Below, in pieces: positions 21,601 through 29,168 of a stretch of 64,000 nt of DNA (position 1 is the stretch's first letter; each line of letters opens with the position of its first letter). Source of the stretch: a virus; the IMG/VR virus record IMGVR_UViG_3300010885_030180, positions 39,606 through 103,605 of that record; one strand, given 5' to 3'. A program made the position numbers and the translations under genes. The notes under the pieces are model-generated. The model worked only from the letters and a program-made list of their open reading frames with translations. It had not been told where the DNA came from and did not search any database.

Positions 21601-22188
21601 TTTGCCGGTCCAAGTACTGGCGTTATTGGGTATACTGGTTCAGTTGGTGCAGGTTACACTGGTTCAATTGGTAGCACTGGTACAATAGGTTACACAGGTT
21701 CTGCAAGCACCGCAAGTGGATATACTGGTTCTGCAAGCACCGCAAGTGGATATGCTGGTAGTGCTGGTGGATTTACTTCAGTTCAGGTGTTTAATACACA
21801 AACCGGTACTGCTTATACACTAGTATTAGCTGATTCTGGTTACTTGGTTAATATAAACAATGCTGTGGGTACTACTGTTACTATACCACCGGAAAGTTCA
21901 GTTAACTTTGCCGTTGGCCAGCGTGTTGATATAAGTCAGAACGGACTAGGGCCTGTGGTAATATCAGCAGGTGTGGGTGTTACATTACATACCACTGATC
22001 TTCCATTATTGAATAATCAATATAGCATGGGTACACTACTTAAGGTGGGCTCAAATGAATGGACATTTGCTGGACCCAGTGCAAGTGTTGTAGGTTATAC
22101 TGGCAGTGCAGGCGCTAACGGTGTTATCGGAACTAATGGTACTAACTATGTAGATACATTAAATACATTTTTATTAATGGGTGCATAA
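12607..22188 (+). CDS. Giant tail-fibre-like protein (3193 aa)
   Basis: Many ST.T.TGAL.V.GGVGIG repeats; six QQVITT.TIN..ANQT.I.AGTDTA.STSTG.ITIWNTST modules; GYTGS collagen-like tracts; four C-terminal ~90-aa TYTL.L.DAG...F..GQRVDI.Q domains; ends FLLMGA. Confidence 0.85.
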   Translation: MSKSRLFSGKIKKKTGTALDGSRYEYLDVSQAEPDLGIPLSNNAVLIANTSGQRFWSNTLTDITLAGTVISSGTVTGDLLPSITNTFNLGRADLRFKTLFVSSATLDIGGVTISSTGADSLNISKLIVSTSTNSTSTVSGALQVVGGVGIGLDLVVGGSITSNSLTIGTVSNNQGTLNIQSTVDSTSTNSGALQVVGGVGIGGNLYVGGDIVAQKLTIQLTTVTTTFIVTDDVISTYNTTQSTSTDSGALIIAGGAGFGRDVYVGGLIYSSGSQVLTYNSTQTLLVASALYATTSGYALAFDTGTVVTTAINAINATTASFATTSGYALAFDTGTVVTTAINATTASFATTSGYALAFDTGTVVTTAVNATTATSLGPDIIRISNTTNSTSTDSGALQIEGGVGIGKNLNVGNLLTFNPVIWNYVATTFTSIPVTYGQTSLTFTVQPDNTITNMSVAAGAGGYGPTSVNLTIPGTTFPGGTSPANDIVFNVETFVSAGPVYSTAVNSAVSYVSGTLPQRYDNIYSTGNVGIGAGTQHWVFGTDGKLTAPGKIEVQSNVNSNSIATGAFTVVGGAGIGLDLYVGNNLYVANTAYLNNAEILTTSSGFSSESGISIINQRLVVNTSTNSTSTTTGAIVTPGGVGIGQDMWVGGKIYAGDFIYSNGQQVITTSTINTFANQTVITAGTDTAISTSTGNVTIWNTSTFQTVTDRGHTTTNAISITSTASSTSSTTGALTITGGVGVGENLYVNGLIYSSSSQVLTYNSTQTLLVASALYATTSGYALAFNTNTVVTTAVNATTASYALAFDTGTVVTTAVNATTASSLGTGVIYIVNSSTSTSTNTGALVVTGGAGVGGDLWAGGSIYAAAFLYSNGQQVITTSTINTFANQTVITAGTDTAISTSTGNITIWNTSTLQTVTDRGATTTNAISITNATASDSTITGALIVAGGVGIGGDIYVGGALYQNGQQVITTSTINDYANQTVITAGTDTAISTSTGNITIWNTSTLQTVTGRGHTTTNQIRIDNTLTSTSSFASNALYVAGGIGGNSGFNINGDGYLHGDLIVFGTITGTNVTLTTLVANSGTFYGDTSGSGALYAGIIGATPFSQTMAQFTGDLNDYMEINVQNINAGAIASTDIVASADNVTETGAFIDMGITSSGWDGSATLSFGNALGPNDGYLLVGNSNLPTSGHLVIGTMALDTSVKIIVAGTNSNYITAIFNTATTESISTTTGALVVRGGLGVGGSIYAASTSYINNSKILVAGDLETVTHTATYITNNPGSVAVAGTSTIYGTYDFGAVSDVWTFNDYNTGTNFGYYSIHDAATQPAFIVYIGFSGITDFNRIVLNINYTQNSGHTQEIDLYNYVQNQWDTFTTYSGSTGWFEFILGTVDPAPYISSGTVTARIYHVSFGNTAHRTWIDYVALEKSIQGGQGPRGATGATGATGAQGLTTSTTSTFIFSNTLASTSTVASNAVYIEGGLGIGKSLLVTGEAIFQNNVTFAGTTTFVLSTNTVYTDNIIELHYPNTPGNVWAVNDGKDIGLRFHYYDGADKNAGLVLANDTKYLEWYSSGTEDGTSTFAGSAYGTFKTGSIVLTNTTVSISTSTGALQVAGGVGIGGSLYIGGALYQNGQQVITTATINNFANQTTITAGTDTAISTSTGNITIWNTSTLQTVTDRGNTTTNAISITNATASGSTITGALTVAGGIGVGGDLYIGGALYQSGQQVITTATINQYANQTSIIAGTDTAVSTSTGNIIIWNTSTLQTVTSRGATTTNAISITNATASGSTITGALTVTGGVGIGGNLYVGGALYQSGQAILSTATINQFANQTSIIAGTDTAVSTSTGAITIWNTSTLQTVTGRGATTNNAISITNTTSSISTTTGALIVTGGVGIGGSLNVGDASVVNVNSTSTALRITQLGAGNALVVEDEANPDASPFVIASNGTVIIGHTARVTQVNVLEVHSSAAINSSPAMGVYSWGTLATGGGLNLYKSRSGTVGTYSTATNGSQSSIRFQFDDGAAFQQAASIIGSVEGTPALNSTPGRLTFGTTPDASTTPVERMRIDSVGQTKFSTVITATSTTTGALVVTGGVGIGGNLYVGGAFTATSISIGGINVGYGYTGSLGYTGSIGYTGSIGYTGSASTATGYTGSIGYTGSIGYTGSASTVSGYTGSIGIGYTGSASTATGYTGSIGYTGSKGTDGTSVTIKGSTSTSAALPGYPTSYIGTAGDGYITTDTGHLWVWSGSAWNDVGNITGPSGGLGYTGSRGYTGSASTASGYTGSIGVGYTGSASTVTGYTGSIGYTGSIGYTGSASTASGYTGSQGTGGGAGYTGSASTVTGYTGSVGYTGSIGSTGTTGYTGSIGNTGTIGYTGSIGTIGYTGSIGNTGTIGYTGSIGYTGSLGYTGSASTASGYTGSTGTIGYTGSLGYTGSAGVSGTFSAVQVFNTQSGTTYTLVLADAGDLVKLTNVSGVTVTIPLESSVNFAIGQRVDIEQASAGNVAIVGASGVTLNSTDYPVLSTQYSVGTLIKTGSNEWLFVTPQGGLGYTGSTGVGYTGSLGYTGSASTASGYTGSASTASGYTGSLGYVGSVGNFSSVQTSNTQTGTTYTLALTDAGQLIKLTNASNVTVTIPLESSVNFAIGHRLDIEQASTGIVAVVGASGVTLNSTDYPVLSTQYSVGTLIKTGSNEWLFVTPQGGTGYTGSTGAGYTGSASTGSSFTGGVITGITTVTNTTNASSTNSGALQVVGGVGIGGSLFVGGVITATNFFAGTLRIDAGSTMTNLVVTGTATSTSTTTGAVIISGGLGVGLGIVAGGTVTATNFILNGYQVSTATGSATFTGGSVANTTTFVSTVTITSTAISTSTTTGALQVVGGVGIGGNINFGGSLYQNGVLFTGGGGVGSFNSVQTFNTQTGTSYTLVLTDAGTLVNMNNAVGATVTVPPESSVNFSIGQRVDIAQNGAGPVVISAGVGVTLHTTDLPLLNNQYSIGTLIKVGSNEWTFAGPSTGVIGYTGSVGAGYTGSIGSTGTIGYTGSASTASGYTGSASTASGYAGSAGGFTSVQVFNTQTGTAYTLVLADSGYLVNINNAVGTTVTIPPESSVNFAVGQRVDISQNGLGPVVISAGVGVTLHTTDLPLLNNQYSMGTLLKVGSNEWTFAGPSASVVGYTGSAGANGVIGTNGTNYVDTLNTFLLMGA
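13480..13725 (+). repeat. In-frame tandem triplication (90-nt, 81-nt and a third unit) encoding ATTSGYALAFDTGTVVTTA..ATT
   Basis: Units start at 13480, 13570 and 13651 and are near-identical at DNA level. Confidence 0.85.
20110..20690 (+). repeat. Near-identical ~120-nt direct repeats (20110-20228 and 20572-20690) inside the fibre gene
   Basis: One mismatch (tatccGgta vs tatccAgta); a second, fully identical 68-nt pair lies at 21490-21557 and 21955-22022. Confidence 0.8.
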
Positions 22189-23382
22189 GTGGGAGTTTTA
22201 TCAACATCATACAGGGTTTTAGGCAGAGTTGCACTGTCAACTGCTACAACGACTGCTACTTTATATACAGTACCTGCTAATGCAAGTGCGGTAGTATCAA
22301 CATTATCAATATGTAATCAAACAGCCAGTGTAGGAACATATAGTATTGCAGTTAGTCCAGGTGGCGCCACAATAGTTCCTAAACATTATATTGCATATAA
22401 TGCTAGTATTGCTGCACAGGAAACTATTGCATTAACTATAGGCATAACATTGGCTACTACTGATGTAGTATATGTCTCTGCTAGTAATACTTTGACAAGT
22501 TTCAACCTATTTGGTTCTGAAATAACTACAACTGTAACCGTTCCAAGCACTATTGAATATCTAATAGTAGCCGCAGGTGGTGGCGGAGGCGGTAATGGCT
22601 CAGGAGGTGGCGGTGCAGGCGGCGTACTATATAATGGTGCTACTGCAATAACATCAAGTACTGTATACACTATCACTGTTGGTTCAGGCGGGACTACTAA
22701 TGGAGATGGAACCCCGGGTAGTACCGGTACTATTAGTTCAATAGTCGGCGGCGCATTAAATATTTTTGCACGTGGTGGTGGTGGTGGCTTTAGCCGTTCC
22801 GGTGGCACTAGTCCTGGATTTGTTTTTGGGGGATCAGGTGGTGGTGGTAGTGATGCAGGTGGTACTACTGAAACTATACCTGGAGCAGGTATTGTTGGTC
22901 AAGGTAATAATGGCGGATATGGGTCACTTAATGGTGGTGGCGGCGGTGGCGGTGGCGCCGGTACAACTGGATTTTCATCCAATGGTGCTGGACAACCAGG
23001 TGCCGGCGGCAATGGAGCATCAATATACTCAGACCTATTAGCATCAGCAAGTGCCGGTGTTCTTACCACAGGTACATATTATATTGCAGGTGGTGGCGCT
23101 GGCGCACGATGTGGTGGACTTGGAAGTCAACAGGCTGTAGGTGGATTGGGGGGTGGCGGCAACTCAAACGCTTCACCAAATGGAACTACTAATACCGGCG
23201 GTGGCGGAGGTGGTGGTGGCTATTATGCTGCTGGTGGGCAAGGAGGTTCGGGTATTGTAATTATTCGATATCCTGATATAGGTAATACAGCAGCAACTAT
23301 TACTACAGGTAGTCCTACATATGCGGTATCAGGCGGATATAAGGTATACAAATTTACCGGTTCTGGATCAATCACTTTCTAA
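22189..23382 (+). CDS. Adapter domain fused to a glycine-rich (polyglycine) adhesin-like domain
   Basis: N-terminal YRVLG...TLYTVPA...STLSICNQ domain, then IEYLIVAAGGGG...GGSGIVIIRYP...YKFTGSGSITF; GTG start abuts the upstream stop. Confidence 0.8.
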   Translation: MGVLSTSYRVLGRVALSTATTTATLYTVPANASAVVSTLSICNQTASVGTYSIAVSPGGATIVPKHYIAYNASIAAQETIALTIGITLATTDVVYVSASNTLTSFNLFGSEITTTVTVPSTIEYLIVAAGGGGGGNGSGGGGAGGVLYNGATAITSSTVYTITVGSGGTTNGDGTPGSTGTISSIVGGALNIFARGGGGGFSRSGGTSPGFVFGGSGGGGSDAGGTTETIPGAGIVGQGNNGGYGSLNGGGGGGGGAGTTGFSSNGAGQPGAGGNGASIYSDLLASASAGVLTTGTYYIAGGGAGARCGGLGSQQAVGGLGGGGNSNASPNGTTNTGGGGGGGGYYAAGGQGGSGIVIIRYPDIGNTAATITTGSPTYAVSGGYKVYKFTGSGSITF

Positions 23383-23391
23383 TTTTAAAAT

Positions 23392-25185
23392 ATGTCATAC
23401 TATTACTACAAAGTGTTAGGTCAAGCAAACCCTGCTGCCTCCACATTAACCACATTATACACAGTACCTGCTAGTACGAATGCAATAATATCCACTATAA
23501 CTGTATGTAATCAAGCCGCAAGTACAGCAACTTATAGTATTGCCGTGCGCCCATTTGGTGCAACTATTGATCCTAAACATTACATTAATTATAATGCTGC
23601 TATTCCTGCATCAGACACTATTGGTGTAACAATGGGACTAACTTTAGCGCAAACTGATGTAATATCAGTGAGTTCTAGTAATAGTTCTACTAGTTTTAAT
23701 GTATTTGGCACACATATTACTGAAACAGTTCCTGTGGCTGATCAGACTACTGCAACTTCAGTTCAATATTTGGTAGTCGGCGGTGGCGGTGGCGGCGGTT
23801 TTTTATTAGGTGGAGGTGGTGGTGCCGGTGGAGTTGTAGTATCATCAGCCTATACTGTTACCCCTGGATCAGTAATCACTGTAACTGTAGGTGCAGGTGG
23901 TACCGCCGGAACTGGTGGAGCGGGAGGCACTGGCGTTAATTCATCAATCGTTGGACCTACTGAATATTCGCTATCATTAAATGGTACTAGTCAATATCTA
24001 ACCGTTCCTAGTAATGCCGCATTAGCATTCGGAACTGGAGACTTTACAGTAGAATGCTGGCTTTATGTAAATGTAGCACCTTCTGGTTCGCCAGAAATTT
24101 TTACTGCGGGAGATTTTCATCTTAACTTTAGAACCGGGTCAACTATTGCAATAACTAACAATTCTACAGTATTATCAAATACGGCTGCAATATCAACTGG
24201 TGCATGGACTCATATTGCAGCCGTTCGTAGTTCTGGTAATATGACAATATATATAAATGGTGTTGCTAATACCGTTGCAACTAATGCATACAGTTTTGTA
24301 CAAGGTACTGGTCAAATTGGATCAGGAAATGGGGCATCGGGCCCTTTCATGAATGTATATATGTCCAACCTACGAGTATTGAAAGGAACAGCACTTTATA
24401 CTAGTGGATTCACTCCATCTAGAGCGGCATTAACTGCTATTACCAATACCAGTTTATTAACTTTACAAAACTCTACATTTATAGATAATTCAGGTAATGG
24501 CATTGTTCTTACCGCAGTTAGTAGTGCAGCCATGACAAATACTCTTTCACCATTCAACACAGGGTTAGGTGGGGGTGGCGGTGGGACTTGGCAAGGTGGA
24601 GCCGGTATCGCAGGTGCATCCGGTGGCGGCGGTGCTGGATCTGATAGTAGTGGCGGCGCAGGTGGCGGTGGTACACAATCTACAAATTCTAGTGGTGGAT
24701 TTGGCAATGCCGGTGGTGCAGGCAATGGTGGCCGATTGGGTGGTGGTGGCGGCGGTGCTGGTAGTGCTGGTTATGCCGCTGGCGCAACTGCTCTTAGTGC
24801 AGGTACAGGGGGTGTTGGATATCAATCAATTATTACTACTACATCTACTTACTTTGCAGGAGGAGGAGGAGGTGGATTTGAAAGCGCCAACGCTGGAAAC
24901 ACTTACGGTCGAGGTGGTGCTGGTGGCGGCGGTAATGGTGGATATTCAAACAGCTCATACAATGGAACTGCTGGCTCTACCAATACTGGAGGTGGTGGTG
25001 GTGCAGGTGGTAATCAGTCCGGATCAGTTAGCGGATCAGGTGCCGCTGGTGGGTCTGGTACTGTTATTATTAGATTTTCTTCTGCTAACTATTATCCTGC
25101 TACTGCAAATACAAATGCAACATATACATCAACAGGTGGATATAATATATATACATTCAACTCAAGCGGAACACTTACTATATAA
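23392..25185 (+). CDS. Adapter domain plus glycine-rich domain with an inserted LamG/ConA-like domain
   Basis: YKVLGQANPAA..LTTLYT N-terminus; GDFTVECW...WTHIAAVRS...IYING...MSNLRVLKG.ALYT LamG signature inside the Gly-rich domain. Confidence 0.8.
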   Translation: MSYYYYKVLGQANPAASTLTTLYTVPASTNAIISTITVCNQAASTATYSIAVRPFGATIDPKHYINYNAAIPASDTIGVTMGLTLAQTDVISVSSSNSSTSFNVFGTHITETVPVADQTTATSVQYLVVGGGGGGGFLLGGGGGAGGVVVSSAYTVTPGSVITVTVGAGGTAGTGGAGGTGVNSSIVGPTEYSLSLNGTSQYLTVPSNAALAFGTGDFTVECWLYVNVAPSGSPEIFTAGDFHLNFRTGSTIAITNNSTVLSNTAAISTGAWTHIAAVRSSGNMTIYINGVANTVATNAYSFVQGTGQIGSGNGASGPFMNVYMSNLRVLKGTALYTSGFTPSRAALTAITNTSLLTLQNSTFIDNSGNGIVLTAVSSAAMTNTLSPFNTGLGGGGGGTWQGGAGIAGASGGGGAGSDSSGGAGGGGTQSTNSSGGFGNAGGAGNGGRLGGGGGGAGSAGYAAGATALSAGTGGVGYQSIITTTSTYFAGGGGGGFESANAGNTYGRGGAGGGGNGGYSNSSYNGTAGSTNTGGGGGAGGNQSGSVSGSGAAGGSGTVIIRFSSANYYPATANTNATYTSTGGYNIYTFNSSGTLTI

Positions 25186-25197
25186 TGAGAATTTAAT

Positions 25198-25521
25198 ATG
25201 TCAGTTACATACAAAGTTTTAGGACAAGCAAATCCTGCAGCAACTACTACTACTACATTATATACATCAAGTAGTACAGTAGTAGTATCTACTCTTGTAG
25301 TTTGTAATCAAGCTAATGCCGCTACTACTTATAGAGTTGCAGTTAAACCTACCGCTAATACATTGAGTACATTACATTATGTTGCATACAATAGTTCTAT
25401 AGCCGCATATGATAGTGTGGCATTAACATTGGGTATTACTATGGGAACTGCTGAAAATGTTATAGTTTATAGTAGTACTAGTACTACTAGTTTTAACTTA
25501 TTTGGCACGGAGATAATTTAA
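25198..25521 (+). CDS. Stand-alone adapter-domain protein (paralog of the N-termini of 22189 and 23392)
   Basis: YKVLGQANPAATTTTTLYT...STLVVCNQ...HYVAYN...LTLGIT...SFNLFGTEI. Confidence 0.8.
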   Translation: MSVTYKVLGQANPAATTTTTLYTSSSTVVVSTLVVCNQANAATTYRVAVKPTANTLSTLHYVAYNSSIAAYDSVALTLGITMGTAENVIVYSSTSTTSFNLFGTEII

Positions 25522-26540
25522 TGAGTTTGAATATTTTTAGTTATAATAAAATTAGTTCATTTATTTCTCGCAATTCAAAACGTAATATAGCAAATCCAGG
25601 TATTTCTCTAGTGGCACCTTCTACTATAGAATATCTAGTAGTCGGCGGTGGCGGAAGTGGTGGTACCGGTACTACCGGTAATACCGGCGGTGGCGGTGGC
25701 GGTGGTGCAGGTGGATACAGAACCGGTACCGGTCTTGCTATTACTCCTGGATCTATTATTAATATAACAGTAGGTGCTGGTGGTGCATGGGGAGGATTAT
25801 TAACAGGTGTTGTGGGCAATAATGGAACAGATTCTTCTATTACAGGTACTAGTATTACTTCAATAGTAAGTACCGGCGGTGGCGGTGGCGGTGGAGTTAA
25901 TGGAGCAAGCTCCAGTATTGCAGCTAAGACAGGAGGATCCGGTGGTGGTGCCCATTCTAGAACCGCAGGATCGTTTGGTGCAGGCAATACTCCTAGCACT
26001 AGTCCTTCTCAAGGAAATAGTGGCGGCGATAGAGCTGGCGCAACTTTTTTTGGTGCCGGCGGTGGTGGGGGGGCTGGTGCTAGTGGTGGGAATGGTTCAG
26101 AATCAACAGGCCAATCGTCAATAACAGGTGCATTGGGAGGAAACGGTGGTGTTGGATTACAATCTAGCATAACTGGAATTCCTACTTATTATGCAGGTGG
26201 TGGTGGTGGTGGCCACAGCGCCAATGTTGGCACCGGAGCAGGTGGGGTAGGCGGATTAGGTGGCGGTGGAAGAGGCTCAATTGGTCTAGGTTATACTACT
26301 GATGGTTCAATTGAACAACCAGGAGTAGCAAATACAGGTGGTGGTGGTGGCGGCGGCGCATATGGTTCTGCTTCACAACAAACATACACAGTAACACCAA
26401 ATGGGGGCTCTGGAATAGTTATACTTAGACATTCTTCTAGTAATGCATTGGCTGTATCTACTACAGGAAGTCCATTCATATATACAATTAATAGTACTGT
26501 TGTATATGTATTCACCGTCACTGGAACAATTACATTTTAA
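25521..26540 (+). CDS. Glycine-rich adhesin-like protein
   Basis: IEYLVVGGGG...GGAGGYRT...YYAGGGGG...NTGGGGGG...GGSGIVILR; TAATG overlap with the upstream gene. Confidence 0.8.
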   Translation: MSLNIFSYNKISSFISRNSKRNIANPGISLVAPSTIEYLVVGGGGSGGTGTTGNTGGGGGGGAGGYRTGTGLAITPGSIINITVGAGGAWGGLLTGVVGNNGTDSSITGTSITSIVSTGGGGGGGVNGASSSIAAKTGGSGGGAHSRTAGSFGAGNTPSTSPSQGNSGGDRAGATFFGAGGGGGAGASGGNGSESTGQSSITGALGGNGGVGLQSSITGIPTYYAGGGGGGHSANVGTGAGGVGGLGGGGRGSIGLGYTTDGSIEQPGVANTGGGGGGGAYGSASQQTYTVTPNGGSGIVILRHSSSNALAVSTTGSPFIYTINSTVVYVFTVTGTITF

Positions 26541-26549
26541 CAATATAGT

Positions 26550-27524
26550 ATGACAACATTTAAAACTTTTAGTCAGCAAAAGTTCAGCGAAATGGGAACT
26601 GTGATAAAAAGCACCGTAGCAGTAACAGCAGCAACCACCTCATCAATTGAATATCTTGTAGTTGCAGGTGGTGGATCTGGTGGAAGTTACGGTGGCGGTG
26701 GTGCTGGCGGATATAGAACTGCAACTGGATTTACAGTTACTTCAGGAGTCACTGTTACTGTTTCTGTTGGTGGTGGCGGTACGTCTACTGGGATTGATAC
26801 CGCAGGAAATAATGGAACAAATTCTTACATAACCGGTACAAATGGTTACTTTGTTATTTCACTCGGGGGAGGCGGCGGTGCTGGCGGCGATACTACTCCG
26901 TTAAAGGGAAAAACTGGCGGATCTGGTGGCGGTGGGATGGGCGGAACCAATCGTACCACTAGCTTTGGAACAGGCACGGCAGGCCAGGGAAATGACGGAA
27001 GTCCAGGATCTACATCTAACATACGAGATCCTGGAGGTGCTGGTGGAGGTGCTGGTGCAGTTGGCGGCGGTGCTGGTGTTAACGGACCTTCGGCAATAAA
27101 TGCATATGGTGGTGGGAGAGGTGGTAATGGATCACAATCTAGTATAACTGGAATTTTAACTTATTATGCTGGTGGAGGTGGTGGGGGTGGAAATGGCAAC
27201 TCTATTAGTACAGGAGGCGGCGGGTTAGGAGGCGGCGGCGCCGCATCTCCCCATGTTAATATAGTTAACAATTATGATGGGTATGCTGGTGGTACAAATA
27301 CTGGCGGGGGCGGCGGCTCAGGTGGTCAACAATCAATGCCAAATAATACCGCAGTACCAGCTTATCCAAATTCCGGAGCAGGCGGATCAGGCATTGTTGT
27401 ATTGAGATATCCAACCGCATACCGGTTACCGGTATCTTCCACAGGAACTGTATATACGTTAGTATCCGCATCTGCCCGATATAACATATTCATATTCAAT
27501 AGTTCTGGATCAGTAACATTCTAA
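26550..27524 (+). CDS. Glycine-rich adhesin-like protein
   Basis: Same Gly-rich domain signature as 25521..26540. Confidence 0.8.
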   Translation: MTTFKTFSQQKFSEMGTVIKSTVAVTAATTSSIEYLVVAGGGSGGSYGGGGAGGYRTATGFTVTSGVTVTVSVGGGGTSTGIDTAGNNGTNSYITGTNGYFVISLGGGGGAGGDTTPLKGKTGGSGGGGMGGTNRTTSFGTGTAGQGNDGSPGSTSNIRDPGGAGGGAGAVGGGAGVNGPSAINAYGGGRGGNGSQSSITGILTYYAGGGGGGGNGNSISTGGGGLGGGGAASPHVNIVNNYDGYAGGTNTGGGGGSGGQQSMPNNTAVPAYPNSGAGGSGIVVLRYPTAYRLPVSSTGTVYTLVSASARYNIFIFNSSGSVTF

Positions 27525-27565
27525 AATAATATCTCACCGATTAGATTTTAGATAAATTATTAAGT

Positions 27566-27573
27566 TATAAATA
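27566..27573 (+). promoter_or_regulatory. T4-type late promoter (TATAAATA)
   Basis: Exact consensus, inside the inverted repeat GTTATAA-ATACA-TTATAAC (27564-27582); SD GAGGA before the ATG at 27608. Confidence 0.7.
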
Positions 27574-27607
27574 CATTATAACGCATTAAACAAAAGAGGA
27601 TTTTAAA

Positions 27608-27988
27608 ATGAGTCATTTCGCAAAAGTAGAAAACGGTGTAGTAACACAGGTAATTGTTATCGAACAAGATGTAGTTAACACTGGATTATTTGGTGACCCA
27701 GCATCTTGGGTACAAACAAGCTATAATACATATGGTGGGCAACATCGCTCAGGTGGTGCACCGCTGCGTAAAAACTACGCAGGTATTGGTTATACATATG
27801 ATAGTATTCGCGATGCGTTTTATGCACCACAACCATTCCCAAGTTGGTTATTAGATGAAGATACTTGCATTTGGGCAGCACCAGTAGCTATGCCTGATCC
27901 TGTAGAAGGCAAATATTACACCTGGGATGAAGAAACAGTATCCTGGGTAGAACATGTAATACCAACTAACGATACTCCTGTAGTTTAA
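27608..27988 (+). CDS. Small Trp/Pro-rich protein of the type that accompanies Gly-rich fibre genes (possible fibre assembly/partner protein)
   Basis: MSHFAKV...WVQTSYN...RKNYAGIGYTYD..RDAF..PQPFPSW.LDE.TC.W.AP..MP...Y.WDE; strong SD. Confidence 0.75.
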   Translation: MSHFAKVENGVVTQVIVIEQDVVNTGLFGDPASWVQTSYNTYGGQHRSGGAPLRKNYAGIGYTYDSIRDAFYAPQPFPSWLLDEDTCIWAAPVAMPDPVEGKYYTWDEETVSWVEHVIPTNDTPVV

Positions 27989-28002
27989 CGGTATAATCAA
28001 TA

Positions 28003-28740
28003 ATGGTATATGACCTTGGTATCATCAAGCGCCAACGATACATTCCTGCATCAAACACATTTGGAGTAGGCGGCACAATAGTAAAAGCAGGTGGATATGT
28101 TAATCACATATTCACTGCATCTGGCGCATTCATTGCTAGTTCTATTATTTCTGCCACTACTGCATCTGTTGCTACACCAACAGCTATTCCTGTAGAATAT
28201 CTAGTAGTTGCAGGTGGGGGTGGTGGGGGTGCTGCCGCAGGTGCTGGAGGTGGCGCTGGAGGTTATACCACTGGAACATTTAGCATTGTTACTGGAACAT
28301 CATATCTATTAGCAATTGGCGGGGGTGGTGCTGGATCTACTAGTCAAAATACAGTAGGTTCCAAAGGAAGTAGTTCTACTTTTAGTACTGTTTTTGCAAT
28401 TGGCGGTGGTGGAGGCGGATCTAATCAAAATAGTCCAGTTGACTTAGGGTCGGGCGGTAGTGGCGGTGGAAATGCCGGAACTGGAGCGGGCGCTGGTTCC
28501 CCAGGAAAAGGTACCGTGTATCAAGGATACGACGGCGGATCTCGTATAACAGCAGGCCCAGCATTCGGGTCAGTGGTGGTGGCGGTGCCGGCGCAATTGG
28601 TGGTGCTGGTAGCGGCACAGCAGGCGGTAATGGTGGTGTTGGCGTACAATCATCAATCACTGGTACAAATGCATATTTTGCAGGTGGCGGTGGTGGTGGC
28701 ACATATAATGGCGTACCAGGCTGGGGTGTTGGCGGATTAG
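28003..28740 (+). CDS. 5' fragment of a frameshifted Gly-rich/LamG giant protein (true coding frame leaves this ORF at ~28572)
   Basis: Starts MVYDLGIIKRQ like paralog 35023; the Gly-rich pattern turns into off-frame Val-rich text after ...AFGS. Confidence 0.75.
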   Translation: MVYDLGIIKRQRYIPASNTFGVGGTIVKAGGYVNHIFTASGAFIASSIISATTASVATPTAIPVEYLVVAGGGGGGAAAGAGGGAGGYTTGTFSIVTGTSYLLAIGGGGAGSTSQNTVGSKGSSSTFSTVFAIGGGGGGSNQNSPVDLGSGGSGGGNAGTGAGAGSPGKGTVYQGYDGGSRITAGPAFGSVVVAVPAQLVVLVAAQQAVMVVLAYNHQSLVQMHILQVAVVVAHIMAYQAGVLAD

Positions 28741-29168
28741 GTGGTGGTGGCGCAGCAACTAGCACAACAGGAGTTTCTGGTACAGCAAATAAAGGTGGTG
28801 GAGGTGGTGGAGGTGGACAATCGGATGCAAGCCCAGGAACTGGCGGCAATGGTGGCAGTGGAATTATTATTCTAAAATTACCCAATACGCATAGTGCTAG
28901 CTTTGCTGGTATAAGTGCATCAACCTCAACTGCGGTAACAGGTTATAATGTATATAGTATAACTACAGGTTCGGGTAGTGTATCTTTTAGTACTGCTGCT
29001 CCAACTACTATTATTAGTACTACTAGCATTCCTATTGAATACCTAGTAGTAGGTGGTGGCGGTGGAGGCGGCCCTGGAAATAATGCAGGAAACTTTGGTG
29101 GTGGCGGCGCAGGTGGCGTTGTATCAGGTGGCACCTATGTATCTGCAGGTGTACCATTCAATGTAACA

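Noticed and set aside
20110-22022. Near-identical repeat pairs as possible DGR template/variable regions
   Set aside because: Both copies are in-frame coding, there are too few differences to show adenine-specific mutagenesis, and no reverse transcriptase is in the window
28500-28512. CCAGGAAAAG as a programmed -1 slippery site explaining the frameshift
   Set aside because: Frame 1 still matches the Gly-rich consensus (GTVYQGYDGG) for about 20 codons beyond it, so the shift is later, near 28572
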